Source: an uncultured Candidatus Saccharibacteria bacterium (GTDB lineage Bacteria; Patescibacteriota; Doudnabacteria; UBA920). From it: 64,000 bases of DNA. Positions 27,562 to 37,338 of the stretch are shown in pieces (the first letter of the stretch is position 1; every line of letters begins with the position of its first letter). The stretch covers positions 120,293 to 184,292 of the forward strand of contig CAZBAS010000003.1 of the NCBI GenBank assembly GCA_964490395.1, written 5' to 3'. The position numbers and the translations under genes are program-made. The notes beneath the pieces were generated by a model. It made no database searches. It was not told where the DNA came from and saw nothing but the letters and a program-made list of their open reading frames with translations.

Positions 27562-28134
27562 TTATTTTTTCTTGTTGTATTTTCCCATAAGCTCTGCTTC
27601 TGCGATAATATGCCCTTTCATTGCTTCTTCCACTTCAGCTCGTGTTGGAGGGGTGGGAAACGCAAGCTCTGCATCTAGTGCATAAGCCTTAAAGAAATAC
27701 CTGTGTTCTTTGTCGGGTGGACACGGACCCGTATAGCTGGTTTTACCTGAACCATTTTTGCCCGCAGTGCCAATGGAGGGGTCGTTTTCTGGTATGATAA
27801 GTGCCTGTGGGGGTATATTGTATAACACCCAGTGGTCATACATGCCATCGGGCTTTAGATCTTTTGGTACATCTGGGTCATGCACGAGCAGTGCAATGGA
27901 TTTCGTGCGCTCAGGTACTCCGCTCATGACTAGCGGGGGACTTATGCTTTCTCCATCGCATGTGTATATTGCGGGTATGTTCTCGTTATTTTTAAATGCA
28001 GGGCTTTCTAAATACATAGTGTGTGCATCGGCTACTATGCCAGTGTTTGAATTTAAATTTCCTACCACAGTGTTAGTGCATCCCACTGCAAGTAGCAACA
28101 GTAGGAACACGGAGGACATTCTTAGTATACGCAT
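27562..28134 (-). CDS. PEBP (YbhB/YbcL) family lipoprotein
   Basis: It has a lipobox LAVGC, then DPDVP...HWVLYNIP...GPCPPDKEHRYFF. Confidence 0.75.
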   Translation of the reverse strand: MRILRMSSVFLLLLLAVGCTNTVVGNLNSNTGIVADAHTMYLESPAFKNNENIPAIYTCDGESISPPLVMSGVPERTKSIALLVHDPDVPKDLKPDGMYDHWVLYNIPPQALIIPENDPSIGTAGKNGSGKTSYTGPCPPDKEHRYFFKAYALDAELAFPTPPTRAEVEEAMKGHIIAEAELMGKYNKKK

Positions 28135-28287
28135 GCAAATTTCTCCTTACAAGCAGTATGTACGGCGTGTATTAAGAGAAGATGAATGCTTACCTTGTAC
28201 TCTATAGCATTGTTGAAAATTCATACAATGTTAAGCACCCTATATGCTACACTACAAACATTACCAGTAACTATTACTTCTACACAT

Positions 28288-28719
28288 ATGCAAAAAGGTT
28301 TAGTTGCCGAAGTAGAAACAACCATTCACGCCCGAGCAGATAAAGTCTGGGAGGCTTTAACTACTCCAGCGCTCATTACACAATATTTATTTGGGACACA
28401 TGTAGAATCGAATTGGGAAGTGGGCAACCCTATTACCTACAAGGGCAAGTGGCAGGGGAAGCAGTATGAAGATAAAGGTATTATCTTGGAGCTGGAGCCA
28501 GAAAAACGTTTTGTTTCCACCTATTGGTCTAGCATGTCTGGCAAGCCGGATACAGAAGAAAACTATAGCACGGTTATATACGAACTCACCGCAGAAGACG
28601 ATGATGCTACCACACTTAAAATAACCCAAGACAACAACGCCACTGAAGAATCTCGCGAGCACTCCGAAAAGAACTGGGCCACGGTACTCAAAGGACTAAA
28701 AGAGATGTTGGAGAAATAG
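28288..28719 (+). CDS. SRPBCC (AHSA1/START-like) family protein
   Basis: The pattern KVWEALTTPALITQYLFG...WEVGNPITYKG is typical of Aha1-like SRPBCC proteins. Confidence 0.6.
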   Translation: MQKGLVAEVETTIHARADKVWEALTTPALITQYLFGTHVESNWEVGNPITYKGKWQGKQYEDKGIILELEPEKRFVSTYWSSMSGKPDTEENYSTVIYELTAEDDDATTLKITQDNNATEESREHSEKNWATVLKGLKEMLEK

Positions 28720-28728
28720 TCTCTGATA

Positions 28729-28769
28729 ACAATGGGCACCATTGCGCCATGCAATGGTGCCCATTGTTA
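28729..28769. repeat. palindrome of the ATGGGCACCAT family
   Basis: aacaatgggcaccattgcgccatgcaatggtgcccattgtt. Confidence 0.5.
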
Positions 28770-28775
28770 TGGTAA

Positions 28776-29021
28776 TCATCTGAATTTTTTTACCAACAGC
28801 TCTTTTTTAATTTTGGGCCATTTTTTCACTTCTATTTCTCTTCGCATGGCATCGCCCACTGTTTTAAACTGTTCCGAATATATGATTTTCCCACCACCAT
28901 GTGTGCGGGTATAGATTGCCCCTTTGCCGGTGTTGTGGAGTTTCTCTCTGTGTGCTAAATCTTTTGTACTCCCGCAATACAGCGTATTATCCGCGCAGCG
29001 AAATAGGTAGAAGTAGAACAT
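28776..29021 (-). CDS. small GIY-YIG nuclease-family protein
   Basis: YFYLFRCADNTLYCGSTKDL...REKLHNTGKGAIYT. Confidence 0.7.
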   Translation of the reverse strand: MFYFYLFRCADNTLYCGSTKDLAHREKLHNTGKGAIYTRTHGGGKIIYSEQFKTVGDAMRREIEVKKWPKIKKELLVKKFR

Positions 29022-29088
29022 GCAAGTAGTATAACATTCGTCTTTATGGGCTACCGGGAATTGGCCGCCTACAGTGCAGCTTTACTAA

Positions 29089-29355
29089 TCACGGTTTAAG
29101 ATCATTGATCAGGCGTTCCTTCTTAGTTCGTGACCATTTTTTAATTTGAATCTCGCGCTTCCGCGCTTCGGATAAGGTGTTGTAGTGCTCTGTATAGACC
29201 ACGCTTCCACCTTTATGAGATGTGGTCCATTCTGCACCTCGAGACGTGTTATGGCGGTTTTCTCGTTCGGAAAGATTGTTGGTTACACCGGTGTAGAGGG
29301 TGTTGTCAGGGGTGCGGAGTAAATACAGATAGTACATAGTATAAGCATAGAACAT
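29089..29355 (-). CDS. small GIY-YIG nuclease-family protein, a paralogue of 28776
   Basis: YLYLLRTPDNTLYTGVTNNLSERENRHN. Confidence 0.7.
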   Translation of the reverse strand: MFYAYTMYYLYLLRTPDNTLYTGVTNNLSERENRHNTSRGAEWTTSHKGGSVVYTEHYNTLSEARKREIQIKKWSRTKKERLINDLKP

Positions 29356-29425
29356 TGTGCCCCTCGACTCGGGGACTCGCTCGGGACAAATTTAAAACAC
29401 CACGTTAAACGTGGTGTTTTAAATT

Positions 29426-29500
29426 TGGTAGCGCTACCGGGAATCGAACCCGGATTTTGTGGATGAAAACCACATATCCTAACCATTAGATGATAGCGCC
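29426..29500 (-). tRNA. tRNA-Glu (anticodon TTC)
   Basis: The reverse complement folds with acceptor GGCGCTA/TAGCGCT, anticodon stem TGTGG/CCACA with loop TTTTCAT, T-arm CGGGT TCGATTC CCGG and an encoded CCA. Confidence 0.75.
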
Positions 29501-29545
29501 GCGCTTGGCGCGGCTATACTCACGCTGAGCGTGAGCGCCTTATGC
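29501..29545. repeat. pair of GC hairpins upstream of tRNA-Glu, the same family as 7274 and 14461
   Basis: gccgcgcttggcgcggc and tcacgctgagcgtga. Confidence 0.45.
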
Positions 29546-29698
29546 TCTCAGACTTTAGTAGAAAATTGGATATTTACTAACCAATACCCGCTTATTTTAG
29601 CAGAGCTAAGTATAAAAGGGAAGGGGGTCGTCAGCTGAGAATTTAGCAAAGCAACTTAATTGTGGTATCTTGAGAGTATAGTAAATAAAAATAACTTT

Positions 29699-30202
29699 AT
29701 GACAGGTAGAAGACCAGAAGCTTCTTTTGACACAGAAATAGGGGCGCGCGAATTAGCAGGTGAGCCGCGGAAGCGCACCATGGATTTTGGCGATAGAGAG
29801 TTCGAAGTTTTAGACGTAAATATCTTGCGCCCTTCGGATATCGTAGCCGGTGATCGCACCATGATTACTACGGGTAGCGGCAACAGGTATATGATTCGTT
29901 GGTCGAAAAGCGGTGGAGGGCCAAAGATATATAACGAACGCACTGAGTTTAAGGAAGGCTTCCCGCTTTATAATAAGTACACGGATGGTTCACCCATTGC
30001 CGAAGTGGGAAAGCCTTTTGAGTTTTATATTATTACCGATACCGCAGCAAATATAGGACAGAAAATGGAAGCAACTCCAGTGTCTGCTATAGAGATCCGC
30101 AAAGGAATTGACGATGCCATTGAATCCGGTCATCAAAAGATAAGTTTTGGCGGTATTGCACAAGCCCTTATCGATGAAACTAATGGTAGAAATCAGACCT
30201 AA
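29699..30202 (+). CDS. hypothetical protein
   Basis: ORF only. 29699 is the first ATG. Confidence 0.4.
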   Translation: MTGRRPEASFDTEIGARELAGEPRKRTMDFGDREFEVLDVNILRPSDIVAGDRTMITTGSGNRYMIRWSKSGGGPKIYNERTEFKEGFPLYNKYTDGSPIAEVGKPFEFYIITDTAANIGQKMEATPVSAIEIRKGIDDAIESGHQKISFGGIAQALIDETNGRNQT

Positions 30203-30209
30203 TAACACT

Positions 30210-30341
30210 ATGGCTAAATATAGGGTATTAATTTTACTAAGCCTGTCCATTGCTTTGCTTGCAGCGGGTTGCACTAAGCGCCCATTGCCACGGGAGGTGC
30301 CCAGTTCGCCTGCGGCTTCGTATAATCAATTACCGCAGTAG
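30210..30341 (+). CDS. small lipoprotein
   Basis: MAKYRVLILLSLSIALLAAGC has a lipobox. Confidence 0.35.
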   Translation: MAKYRVLILLSLSIALLAAGCTKRPLPREVPSSPAASYNQLPQ

Positions 30342-30354
30342 GATGGGTGTCGTT

Positions 30355-30404
30355 TAAGCATTTAAGCATACAAACATATAAACATGTAAACATATAAACA
30401 TGTA
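30355..30404. repeat. short tandem 8-9-mer repeat (aacatgtaa / aacatataa)
   Basis: There are five or six tandem units. Confidence 0.5.
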
Positions 30405-30432
30405 AGCATGTAAAATGCCCGAGACAAGTCTC
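30405..30432. terminator. bidirectional terminator
   Basis: atgcccgagacaagtctcgggcatttg. Confidence 0.6.
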
Positions 30433-30468
30433 GGGCATTTGTTTGAATGGTTGGATGTTTACATGCTC

Positions 30469-31278
30469 CTACGCTTCTTCCTCGTCATCGTCATCATCCT
30501 CGTCATCGTCTATAAACTCATCTTCTTCTTGGATGGGGGTTTCGTTACTTGCTAGGGGTTGTGGTGGCTGTGGTTCTGCCCAAATATCTTCAACGGGAGC
30601 AGGTTGCGTTGCGGCAATATCTCGCGCTGGTTCAGCATATGGAGTTGGCTCCTGGTACATGGGGCCGCCCACTGGGTCTTGGAAGGTTTGTGCGGTGCTT
30701 ACTTGTTCACTTCCGCTGTCTGGCTGTGCCTCTAGGGCTTCAGTTTTGGTTTGAGGAGTTTCTGGAAGTTTTATACTTTCGGTTAGCTTTTGGAATTCTG
30801 GTAAGTCTGCTACCGTTTGCATGCCCATATGCTGCAAGAATTCGGTTGTTACCTGGTATAAGTTGCTACGGCTATCGTCTGGGTTCTGTATTTTTTCTAT
30901 AAGTCCTCGCATGAGCAGCTGGCGAATAGAATACTGACAGTTTACACCGCGAATGGCTTCTATTTCCGCTTTAGAGATGGGCTGCCGGTACGCAATAATG
31001 CCAAGTACTTCTACAGTGGCGTCGGTAAGTTTTTCACGAAGGTCAGCAGTAAGAAACGCCTTTACTTGGTCTACGTTTTTTGGGTGCGTACCTAGCTGCC
31101 ACTGGCCATTTGCTTCCATGAGTACAATGCCTGAGTCTTTACGCGTAGCTGCTAGTTCCTGCAAAGCGGCAAGGGTCTGTTCAGCGCTTGCACCTAAGAT
31201 GGCCGCTAGTTGGCTTGTGGTAACTGGTTTGCTTGCAACAAAGAGTATGCTTTCAAGTTTAGGGATTAATTCGTTCAT
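30469..31278 (-). CDS. scpB: segregation and condensation protein B with a poly-acidic C-terminal tail
   Basis: LESILFVASKPVTTSQLAAIL, winged-helix repeats and a C-terminal DDDEDDDDDEEE. Confidence 0.85.
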   Translation of the reverse strand: MNELIPKLESILFVASKPVTTSQLAAILGASAEQTLAALQELAATRKDSGIVLMEANGQWQLGTHPKNVDQVKAFLTADLREKLTDATVEVLGIIAYRQPISKAEIEAIRGVNCQYSIRQLLMRGLIEKIQNPDDSRSNLYQVTTEFLQHMGMQTVADLPEFQKLTESIKLPETPQTKTEALEAQPDSGSEQVSTAQTFQDPVGGPMYQEPTPYAEPARDIAATQPAPVEDIWAEPQPPQPLASNETPIQEEDEFIDDDEDDDDDEEEA

Positions 31279-31400
31279 TGGTTGAATAGGTTATGGTTAC
31301 AAGTTGTGGCTGCCAGTATAGTACTAGGGAAAAGTTTAGAGTTCAAATACCTTATACCAGAATACCAAACAGGCCGCTACAACTTACAACATATTACTTA

Positions 31401-31637
31401 TTAGTTCTTACTGAGCACAAAGAGCCATATCCCTGCACCTATAAGTATTATGGCAGCAAGTACTATTTGCACTTGATTGCCAAGGAGGCGCTTGCCCTCT
31501 GGCGCATCGGGTGGCATTTTCACTATACCTGCTGCAAGGAGCCACTTTTGCACTGTAAAGTACCATGGCTCATACAGGGTGGTGCCATAGAGGTAGCCGG
31601 CAATTATTAATAGGGTGGCAAAAAGTTCTCGGTTCAT
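31401..31637 (-). CDS. small membrane protein
   Basis: It has two transmembrane helices. Confidence 0.35.
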   Translation of the reverse strand: MNRELFATLLIIAGYLYGTTLYEPWYFTVQKWLLAAGIVKMPPDAPEGKRLLGNQVQIVLAAIILIGAGIWLFVLSKN

Positions 31638-31710
31638 AAGAGGTATGTTCGAATCTACGAATAGGACGAATCTGCGAATGGCTACGAATAAAAATGTACG
31701 TGCTTAGGGG

Positions 31711-32475
31711 CTATTGGTCGACATTCGTAGTTTCGGATTGTGCTGTCTTTCGGATCATAATGTCTGTGAATAGTGCATCTTGCTCCACGCTGAATATGCG
31801 TTGTTTTACGAGTTCGAGCAAGGCAAGGAAAGTGACTATAACTTCGGACTTATTTTTTGCTTGGGCAATAACGCTAGAAAGTTTTGTCTCTATTTGCTTG
31901 GAAAGTAAGCCTTGCAGGTGCGTTATCTTTTCTTGTATGGATATAGCTTCTTTAATGCGCGCTTTGGGCAGGCTGTCGAGCTCTTTCAGTTCGCTCAGTA
32001 CTTTTAATATGCCATTGTAGAGTTCTCTTCCTGTAACGGAAGGGTCGGGGAAAAAGCTTACGCGCTGGGAAAACACTAAAGTACGGGTAAAGCTTTGCTC
32101 TTGCCTTGCATCGAGGACTTTTAGGTGCCGCGCTACTTCACGGAATTGCTTATACAGCAATAACTGAGTTTCAAGAGGTACACCAGCATCTTCCTCATCT
32201 GCTTCTATTTCTAGCGTTGGCAGTATTGCTTTGGACTTTATTACCAAAAGTTTAGCAGCAATAGCCAAGAAATCCGAAAGGGAAGTAGGGTCTATTTCTT
32301 CTAGCTTTCGTACATACTGCAAAAACTGCTCAGTTACCTGGGCAAGGGCGACATCGGTTATGTTTAACTTTTGCTCTTCAATTAAAGAGAGCAGTAAGTC
32401 TAACGGTCCTTCAAATTCGTGTTGTGCAAGTTTTATGCTGTGTTGTTCCATAAGTGCGTATGTAGCCTGTAACAT
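31711..32475 (-). CDS. scpA: segregation and condensation protein A
   Basis: FEGPLDLLLSLIEEQKLNITDVALAQVTEQFL. Confidence 0.85.
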   Translation of the reverse strand: MLQATYALMEQHSIKLAQHEFEGPLDLLLSLIEEQKLNITDVALAQVTEQFLQYVRKLEEIDPTSLSDFLAIAAKLLVIKSKAILPTLEIEADEEDAGVPLETQLLLYKQFREVARHLKVLDARQEQSFTRTLVFSQRVSFFPDPSVTGRELYNGILKVLSELKELDSLPKARIKEAISIQEKITHLQGLLSKQIETKLSSVIAQAKNKSEVIVTFLALLELVKQRIFSVEQDALFTDIMIRKTAQSETTNVDQ

Positions 32476-32496
32476 ATAACATGTAACAAAATCAAC

Positions 32497-32865
32497 TTAG
32501 CTCATTTTTCTGATGGTTGCCCATAACATGCGAGCTATCTCGTCTCCTAAATTATATGCTTTGCTGTAATTATCTTCGTTAATCCATGTTTCCCGATTTG
32601 CAAACTTTAGTAAGTACTGGCTTTCCTTTAAGGATCCGAAGGCGATTTCTAAGAAGTTTAATTGTACCTTATATCTGAACCTGGCGAAACCTTCAATGTA
32701 ATTTAATGCTATAGATAATGCTGCTCGCTTGTGCTGTGAACTTGATCCGAATAGTTCTTCTTTTGGATATTTGTTAGTAATAGCGTAAATAAGGTGGACA
32801 TAAGCATCGATCTTCACTTGAAGAATGTCATGGAATTTATCTTGGTTATCTGTTACATGTTCCAT
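32497..32865 (-). CDS. four-helix-bundle protein (IVS/Avd-like), paralogue 4
   Basis: FGSSSQHKRAALSIALNYIEGFAR. Confidence 0.75.
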   Translation of the reverse strand: MEHVTDNQDKFHDILQVKIDAYVHLIYAITNKYPKEELFGSSSQHKRAALSIALNYIEGFARFRYKVQLNFLEIAFGSLKESQYLLKFANRETWINEDNYSKAYNLGDEIARMLWATIRKMS

Positions 32866-32880
32866 GCTACATGTTACGTA

Positions 32881-33504
32881 TTATTTACTAAATGCTCCGA
32901 GTATTGGCTCGGTTGCTTTAAAGAATTGTTTTGAAGGTACTTTTACACTTTCGGTAAAGCTGCCGGCGGTAAATATAACGTTCTTGTTCAGAGTGAGTTT
33001 TTTGTCCATGAACAATGGTAGGTCGTATATTTCCAATGGCGCCAGCAAATATTTTGTCTTCAGCTTGGCGGCAATATCTTTTTCTTTTGCTATGGACGAC
33101 TTAACCTTAATGGGCTTAGGTAGTTTTGGATTCTGCTTTACCAATTTTTTATAAAGCTTAGTTTGAACGTCGAACACAAATGCATCTATCTTTTTAAAGT
33201 CCAAGTGCTTACCCGCAGGAACCGCAACAAGGACAAGGCTATACTTTTCTACTTTTGGTGCGAGTGCTGGCGTAGCCTTCGGTTTTCCGGTCTTCGTTGC
33301 CTTCTTCGGCGCGGCGGCGGGCTCTGGAAATTCAGTTACAAAGGCTAGGGGTTTATCGAACTTTACCAGGACCGTTTTAACAACCTCTTTTGGGTTTATG
33401 TGCTGGGTTTCAGCAGCGTTGAACGCAGTATATACTTTGCGATGTTTGATAACTTCAAACTGTATGCCCTCAGCTTCTAAAAACTTTTGAATTTTTTTAT
33501 CCAT
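32881..33504 (-). CDS. YbaK/ProX-like aminoacyl-tRNA deacylase domain protein with a Pro/Lys/Ala-rich insert (tentative)
   Basis: The N-terminus KIQKFLEAEGIQFEVIKH...KTVLVK resembles the YbaK family. It has a low-complexity linker. Confidence 0.35.
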   Translation of the reverse strand: MDKKIQKFLEAEGIQFEVIKHRKVYTAFNAAETQHINPKEVVKTVLVKFDKPLAFVTEFPEPAAAPKKATKTGKPKATPALAPKVEKYSLVLVAVPAGKHLDFKKIDAFVFDVQTKLYKKLVKQNPKLPKPIKVKSSIAKEKDIAAKLKTKYLLAPLEIYDLPLFMDKKLTLNKNVIFTAGSFTESVKVPSKQFFKATEPILGAFSK

Positions 33505-33534
33505 ATGGCGAAACGCAGAATTACGAATAGAGAA

Positions 33535-35040
33535 TTATGAATTACGTAAAGAGAGCAAAACCTTTATATGGTATGCCGTAATAATTGCAGCAGTGAGCAC
33601 TAGTAACCACACTGGTATGTAAATACTGGCGGCCCAGAGGGTTACGAAGCCGTACCCAAGTGCACAGGCTATGACCAATATTGAGCGCCAAGATGATGGT
33701 CTCGCCGCCTTTGGCAACTTGTAATTTAATTGTAGCAAAAGTGGGGGATAAAGCCACATAGTAAAAGCAGAAAGGCAGGCCGAGAGCACTAACAGGAAAA
33801 AAGGTTGCTTAAATGCTGGAACAAGTAATGATAGGCATAAAATAGCTATGCCTAGAAGGGCTGCGAATATACTGAGGTGTCCGTGTGTTGCTGTTCCCAA
33901 GCGTTTAATTAGTCCTTGGTTTGATAGATTGAGTGGGTTTAAAATGCGGCTGAGTAGGCGACCAATGGCGTCGAGTATGGTCAGGTTCGCCATGATAAAT
34001 ATGAGCGTACCCGCAATGCCAAATAATGTACCAAGGTGGGGGAATAGTGCGTTTAGGGCAAGTATTTCTGCTTTGATAACTCCAAAGCCTTGCGCTGTGC
34101 CAATAGGCAATAAAATGCGTCCAAGGTAAGCAAGGAGGAATATAGAAAATACATTTGCTACAACGAACAGAAGTGCATGCTCCTTATTTATAAACGCAAA
34201 CCATTTTTTAAAGTTTGAGATTGATTCTTTGCTTTCCAATTCTCTTCGGTTTGTCATTCCGGCCCCCGAGCCGGAATCCAGGCTGGGACTAAGATGGATT
34301 CCGGATAGCCCTCGATGACTCGTGGCTTCCGGAATGACAGAGGGGGAGTTAACTCCATAGCCTTTATCTGCAATCCACTCGCTTTGCACTAAGTTGAGTG
34401 CGCCTGCCACTCCGCCGTAGGCTAGCGCGCCTACAAAATCAAAACGCGGCAGATTTTTTGGTATGTAGCCAAAATTAAAGAGGCCGCGCAGCCCTTCCCA
34501 AAAAACTCCCGCATCAAACTTTACTATAACCACAAGTACAATAATGCTTAGTGCACTGCTTAAACCGATGCGGGAAATTTTTTCTAGTATTTTATAAATA
34601 TTCGATTTCCGAAATACCAGTATTGCTAAACCGAGCAGGAGCACGGCGAGTGCTAACCCTATATTTCGTTCTTGTCCTGCAGGTACATTGAAAAGCACTG
34701 CGAGAATGTTTCCCGCCGTGCTCATCCACGCTGGCCACATGAGCGCAGCTATTACCGTGAGTCCAAAGACCGTGGCAAGCCATATTTTGTTTTGCACTAA
34801 CGCTGCTTCTACTCGCTTTCCCGTGACGAGTGTGTAGCGCTCTATTTCTATATTTACCACAAACTGCAGCAGCAGAATTATGAGTAATGGCCACAACAGG
34901 CCAAGGCCAAAGTTCGCCACCAGGCTCGGCCAGAGAAGCATTTCGCCGCCATTGAGCGATAGCGCTACAAAGACTATGCTGGGGCCCAACATAGCTAATA
35001 ACGATTTTGTGAGTGGTGGAAAGGTTTGTGCGTTTTTCAT
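33535..35040 (-). CDS. polytopic membrane protein of unknown function carrying an in-frame MITE-like insertion
   Basis: It has 12 or more transmembrane helices. The element at 34252-34339 is translated as ...PEATSHRGLSGIHLSPSLDSGSGAGM... Confidence 0.5.
   Translation of the reverse strand: MKNAQTFPPLTKSLLAMLGPSIVFVALSLNGGEMLLWPSLVANFGLGLLWPLLIILLLQFVVNIEIERYTLVTGKRVEAALVQNKIWLATVFGLTVIAALMWPAWMSTAGNILAVLFNVPAGQERNIGLALAVLLLGLAILVFRKSNIYKILEKISRIGLSSALSIIVLVVIVKFDAGVFWEGLRGLFNFGYIPKNLPRFDFVGALAYGGVAGALNLVQSEWIADKGYGVNSPSVIPEATSHRGLSGIHLSPSLDSGSGAGMTNRRELESKESISNFKKWFAFINKEHALLFVVANVFSIFLLAYLGRILLPIGTAQGFGVIKAEILALNALFPHLGTLFGIAGTLIFIMANLTILDAIGRLLSRILNPLNLSNQGLIKRLGTATHGHLSIFAALLGIAILCLSLLVPAFKQPFFLLVLSACLSAFTMWLYPPLLLQLNYKLPKAARPSSWRSILVIACALGYGFVTLWAASIYIPVWLLVLTAAIITAYHIKVLLSLRNS
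34252..34339. mobile_element. MITE-like element of the TGTCATTCCGG...CCGGAATGACA family (B1), inside a CDS
   Basis: It has terminal inverted repeats. The internal segment is the reverse complement of the 45025 copy (ccggatagccctcgatgactcgtggc). Confidence 0.5.
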
Positions 35041-35060
35041 TTTACAGTGTATGCTTCGCG

Positions 35061-35411
35061 CTAGAACACGAGAAGTAGGATGGTAATAATGGCCATGGGA
35101 ATGGCACCTACTGCGACCAAAAACGTTCCCATTTTTTCGTTGCCTTTGCTATATAACCAGAATCCGTAACACAGAGTAACAATGTTTACAAAAGTGGCCA
35201 CACCTATGGATGCAGCATTTGAGTGGTAGCTTCGTACAAAGTTAAAAAAACTAAGTCCGCTTGGGCCAAATGCTCTTTCAACTAACATTTGTCCGCCTAC
35301 GCACAGTGGCCAGACAATGTTCATGACTGCTGCAACGGTCTTTACTATTAATGCGCCATTAGGGTGGCCCTGCTGCGGTGGGGTAGGTTCTATTTTTGTT
35401 TGCGGTGTCAT
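35061..35411 (-). CDS. small membrane protein
   Basis: It has three transmembrane helices. Confidence 0.35.
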   Translation of the reverse strand: MTPQTKIEPTPPQQGHPNGALIVKTVAAVMNIVWPLCVGGQMLVERAFGPSGLSFFNFVRSYHSNAASIGVATFVNIVTLCYGFWLYSKGNEKMGTFLVAVGAIPMAIITILLLVF

Positions 35412-35430
35412 ACAGTGAACTATCCTTTAT

Positions 35431-37209
35431 TTAACTTTGCTTTTTTACAGGGAGGTCCAGTTTAATATGTAATTCTTTAAGCTGCTTTTCGTCTACGGTG
35501 CCTGGTGCGGACATCATAAGGTCTTCTGCGCTTCCGTTTTTCGGGAATGCAATAACTTCACGGATGTTGGGTTCGTCCATGAGCACCATGAACAAACGGT
35601 CCAAGCCAAATGCACAGCCGCCGTGTGGGGGTGCGCCATATTCGAACGCGCGAATCATGCCGCCAAATTTTTCGTCCACCGTAGCGCGGTCTATACCCAC
35701 AACCCCAAATGCTTTGTACATAACCTCAGGGTTAAAGTTACGAATGGCACCGCTACAAATTTCATAGCCATTCGCTACCATGTCGTACTGGTCTGCTTTA
35801 ATTTGCAACGGATCTTCAGATTCAAGCGCGGCAAGACCGCCTTGGGGCATGGAGAATGGGTTATGAGAGAAATCTACTTTCTTTTCGGTCTCGCTCCATT
35901 CGTACATAGGAAAATCGGTAATCCATGCGAGCGCCACTATGCTCGGATCCTTCAGTCCAAAATCATCACCGAGCTGGCTACGAAGTTTACCCAGTACTTT
36001 GTTTACTACACTTCTTTCGTCTGCGCCAAAGAAAACGATGTCCCCATCGCCAGCGTTGGTTTTGCGGATTATAGTCTCTATTTCACTTTCGCTCATGAAT
36101 TTGAGAATGGGGGATTTCTTTTCTCCATTTTCCAGCACTATATATGCCAAACCACCGGCGCCTTCGCGCTTTACCATTTCGGTTAGGGTGTCTATTTGGC
36201 TTCTGGTAAGTCTGCTCCCGCCTTCGCAGCGAATAGCTTTTACACAGCCGCCGTTTTTAATGGCATTGGCGAACACACTAAATTGCGTATCGGTGAGCTC
36301 TTCGGTGAGTTCAACCATTTCCATGCCAAACCGTAGATCCGGTTTGTCGCTACCGTACTTTTCCAGTGCCTCGGCATAGGGAATGCGTGGCACGGGCTTT
36401 TGCATAACCTTTTTGCCGGCGAAATCTTCTACTAAAGAAACTATGAGTGGCTCCATTTCGTTCCACACAACTTCGCCCTTGGTAGCAAAACTCATTTCAA
36501 GGTCGAGTTGATAGAATTCACCAGGGTGCCGGTCTGCACGGGGGTCTTCGTCGCGGAAGCAGGGGGCTATTTGATAGTAGCGGGGGAGGCCGCCAACCAT
36601 GAGTAATTGTTTAAACTGCTGTGGTGCTTGGGGTAAGGCGTAAAATGTACCCGGGTGGATGCGAGAAGGTACCAGAAAATCGCGTGCACCCTCTGGTGAA
36701 CTAGAAGTAAGAATAGGTGTGGTAACCTCTATGAACTCGTGCTGCATCATGTATTGGCGAATGCGCATGTTGTAGTCTGCACGAAGTTTAAGCATGCGTT
36801 GCATTTTCTCGCGACGTAGGTCAAGAAAGCGGTAGGTAAGACGCATGTCCTCGTTAATGTTGCTTTCCTGGTGAAAGATGGGAAAGGGGAGTGGCTTGCT
36901 CGTGTTTAGAACAACAAGTTCGGTAACAACTAGTTCTATGCTACCTGTAGCTATGTTAGGGTTCACCAATTTCTCGTCTCGTTTTACTACTGTGCCCGTT
37001 GCCTGGAGTACAAACTCGTCGCGCACTTTGCTCGCAACTTCAAAAGCCTCAGCGGTTTCTGGGTGGATGGTGAGTTGTACAATACCCGTATGGTCACGAA
37101 GGTCTATGAATATAAGCCCTCCGTGGTCACGAGTGCTCGCAGCCCAGCCAGCCACGGTTATTTGCTCACTGACTTTTTGAGGGGTCTCTGATGATAGTGT
37201 TCTGTGCAT
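35431..37209 (-). CDS. aspS: aspartyl-tRNA synthetase, bacterial type
   Basis: Class II motifs are present, with FRDEDPRADRHPGEFYQLD and GGCAFGLDRL at the C-terminus. The N-terminus is an OB anticodon-binding domain. Confidence 0.95.
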   Translation of the reverse strand: MHRTLSSETPQKVSEQITVAGWAASTRDHGGLIFIDLRDHTGIVQLTIHPETAEAFEVASKVRDEFVLQATGTVVKRDEKLVNPNIATGSIELVVTELVVLNTSKPLPFPIFHQESNINEDMRLTYRFLDLRREKMQRMLKLRADYNMRIRQYMMQHEFIEVTTPILTSSSPEGARDFLVPSRIHPGTFYALPQAPQQFKQLLMVGGLPRYYQIAPCFRDEDPRADRHPGEFYQLDLEMSFATKGEVVWNEMEPLIVSLVEDFAGKKVMQKPVPRIPYAEALEKYGSDKPDLRFGMEMVELTEELTDTQFSVFANAIKNGGCVKAIRCEGGSRLTRSQIDTLTEMVKREGAGGLAYIVLENGEKKSPILKFMSESEIETIIRKTNAGDGDIVFFGADERSVVNKVLGKLRSQLGDDFGLKDPSIVALAWITDFPMYEWSETEKKVDFSHNPFSMPQGGLAALESEDPLQIKADQYDMVANGYEICSGAIRNFNPEVMYKAFGVVGIDRATVDEKFGGMIRAFEYGAPPHGGCAFGLDRLFMVLMDEPNIREVIAFPKNGSAEDLMMSAPGTVDEKQLKELHIKLDLPVKKQS

Positions 37210-37338
37210 AGATATAAATGAACTTAAAATTTAAAATTGATAAGTCAAAACTTCAACTAAAAACGAATAACTTTGTAACTGGTATGTTAGGAGTTTTTAA
37301 GTTTTAATTTGAATTTTTGACTTTTGACTTTTCAGTTT

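Noticed and set aside
30355-30404. A tandem repeat (aacatgtaa / aacatataa) that could look like a CRISPR fragment.
   Set aside because: The units are only 8-9 nt with no spacers and no cas genes. It is simple microsatellite-like sequence beside a terminator.
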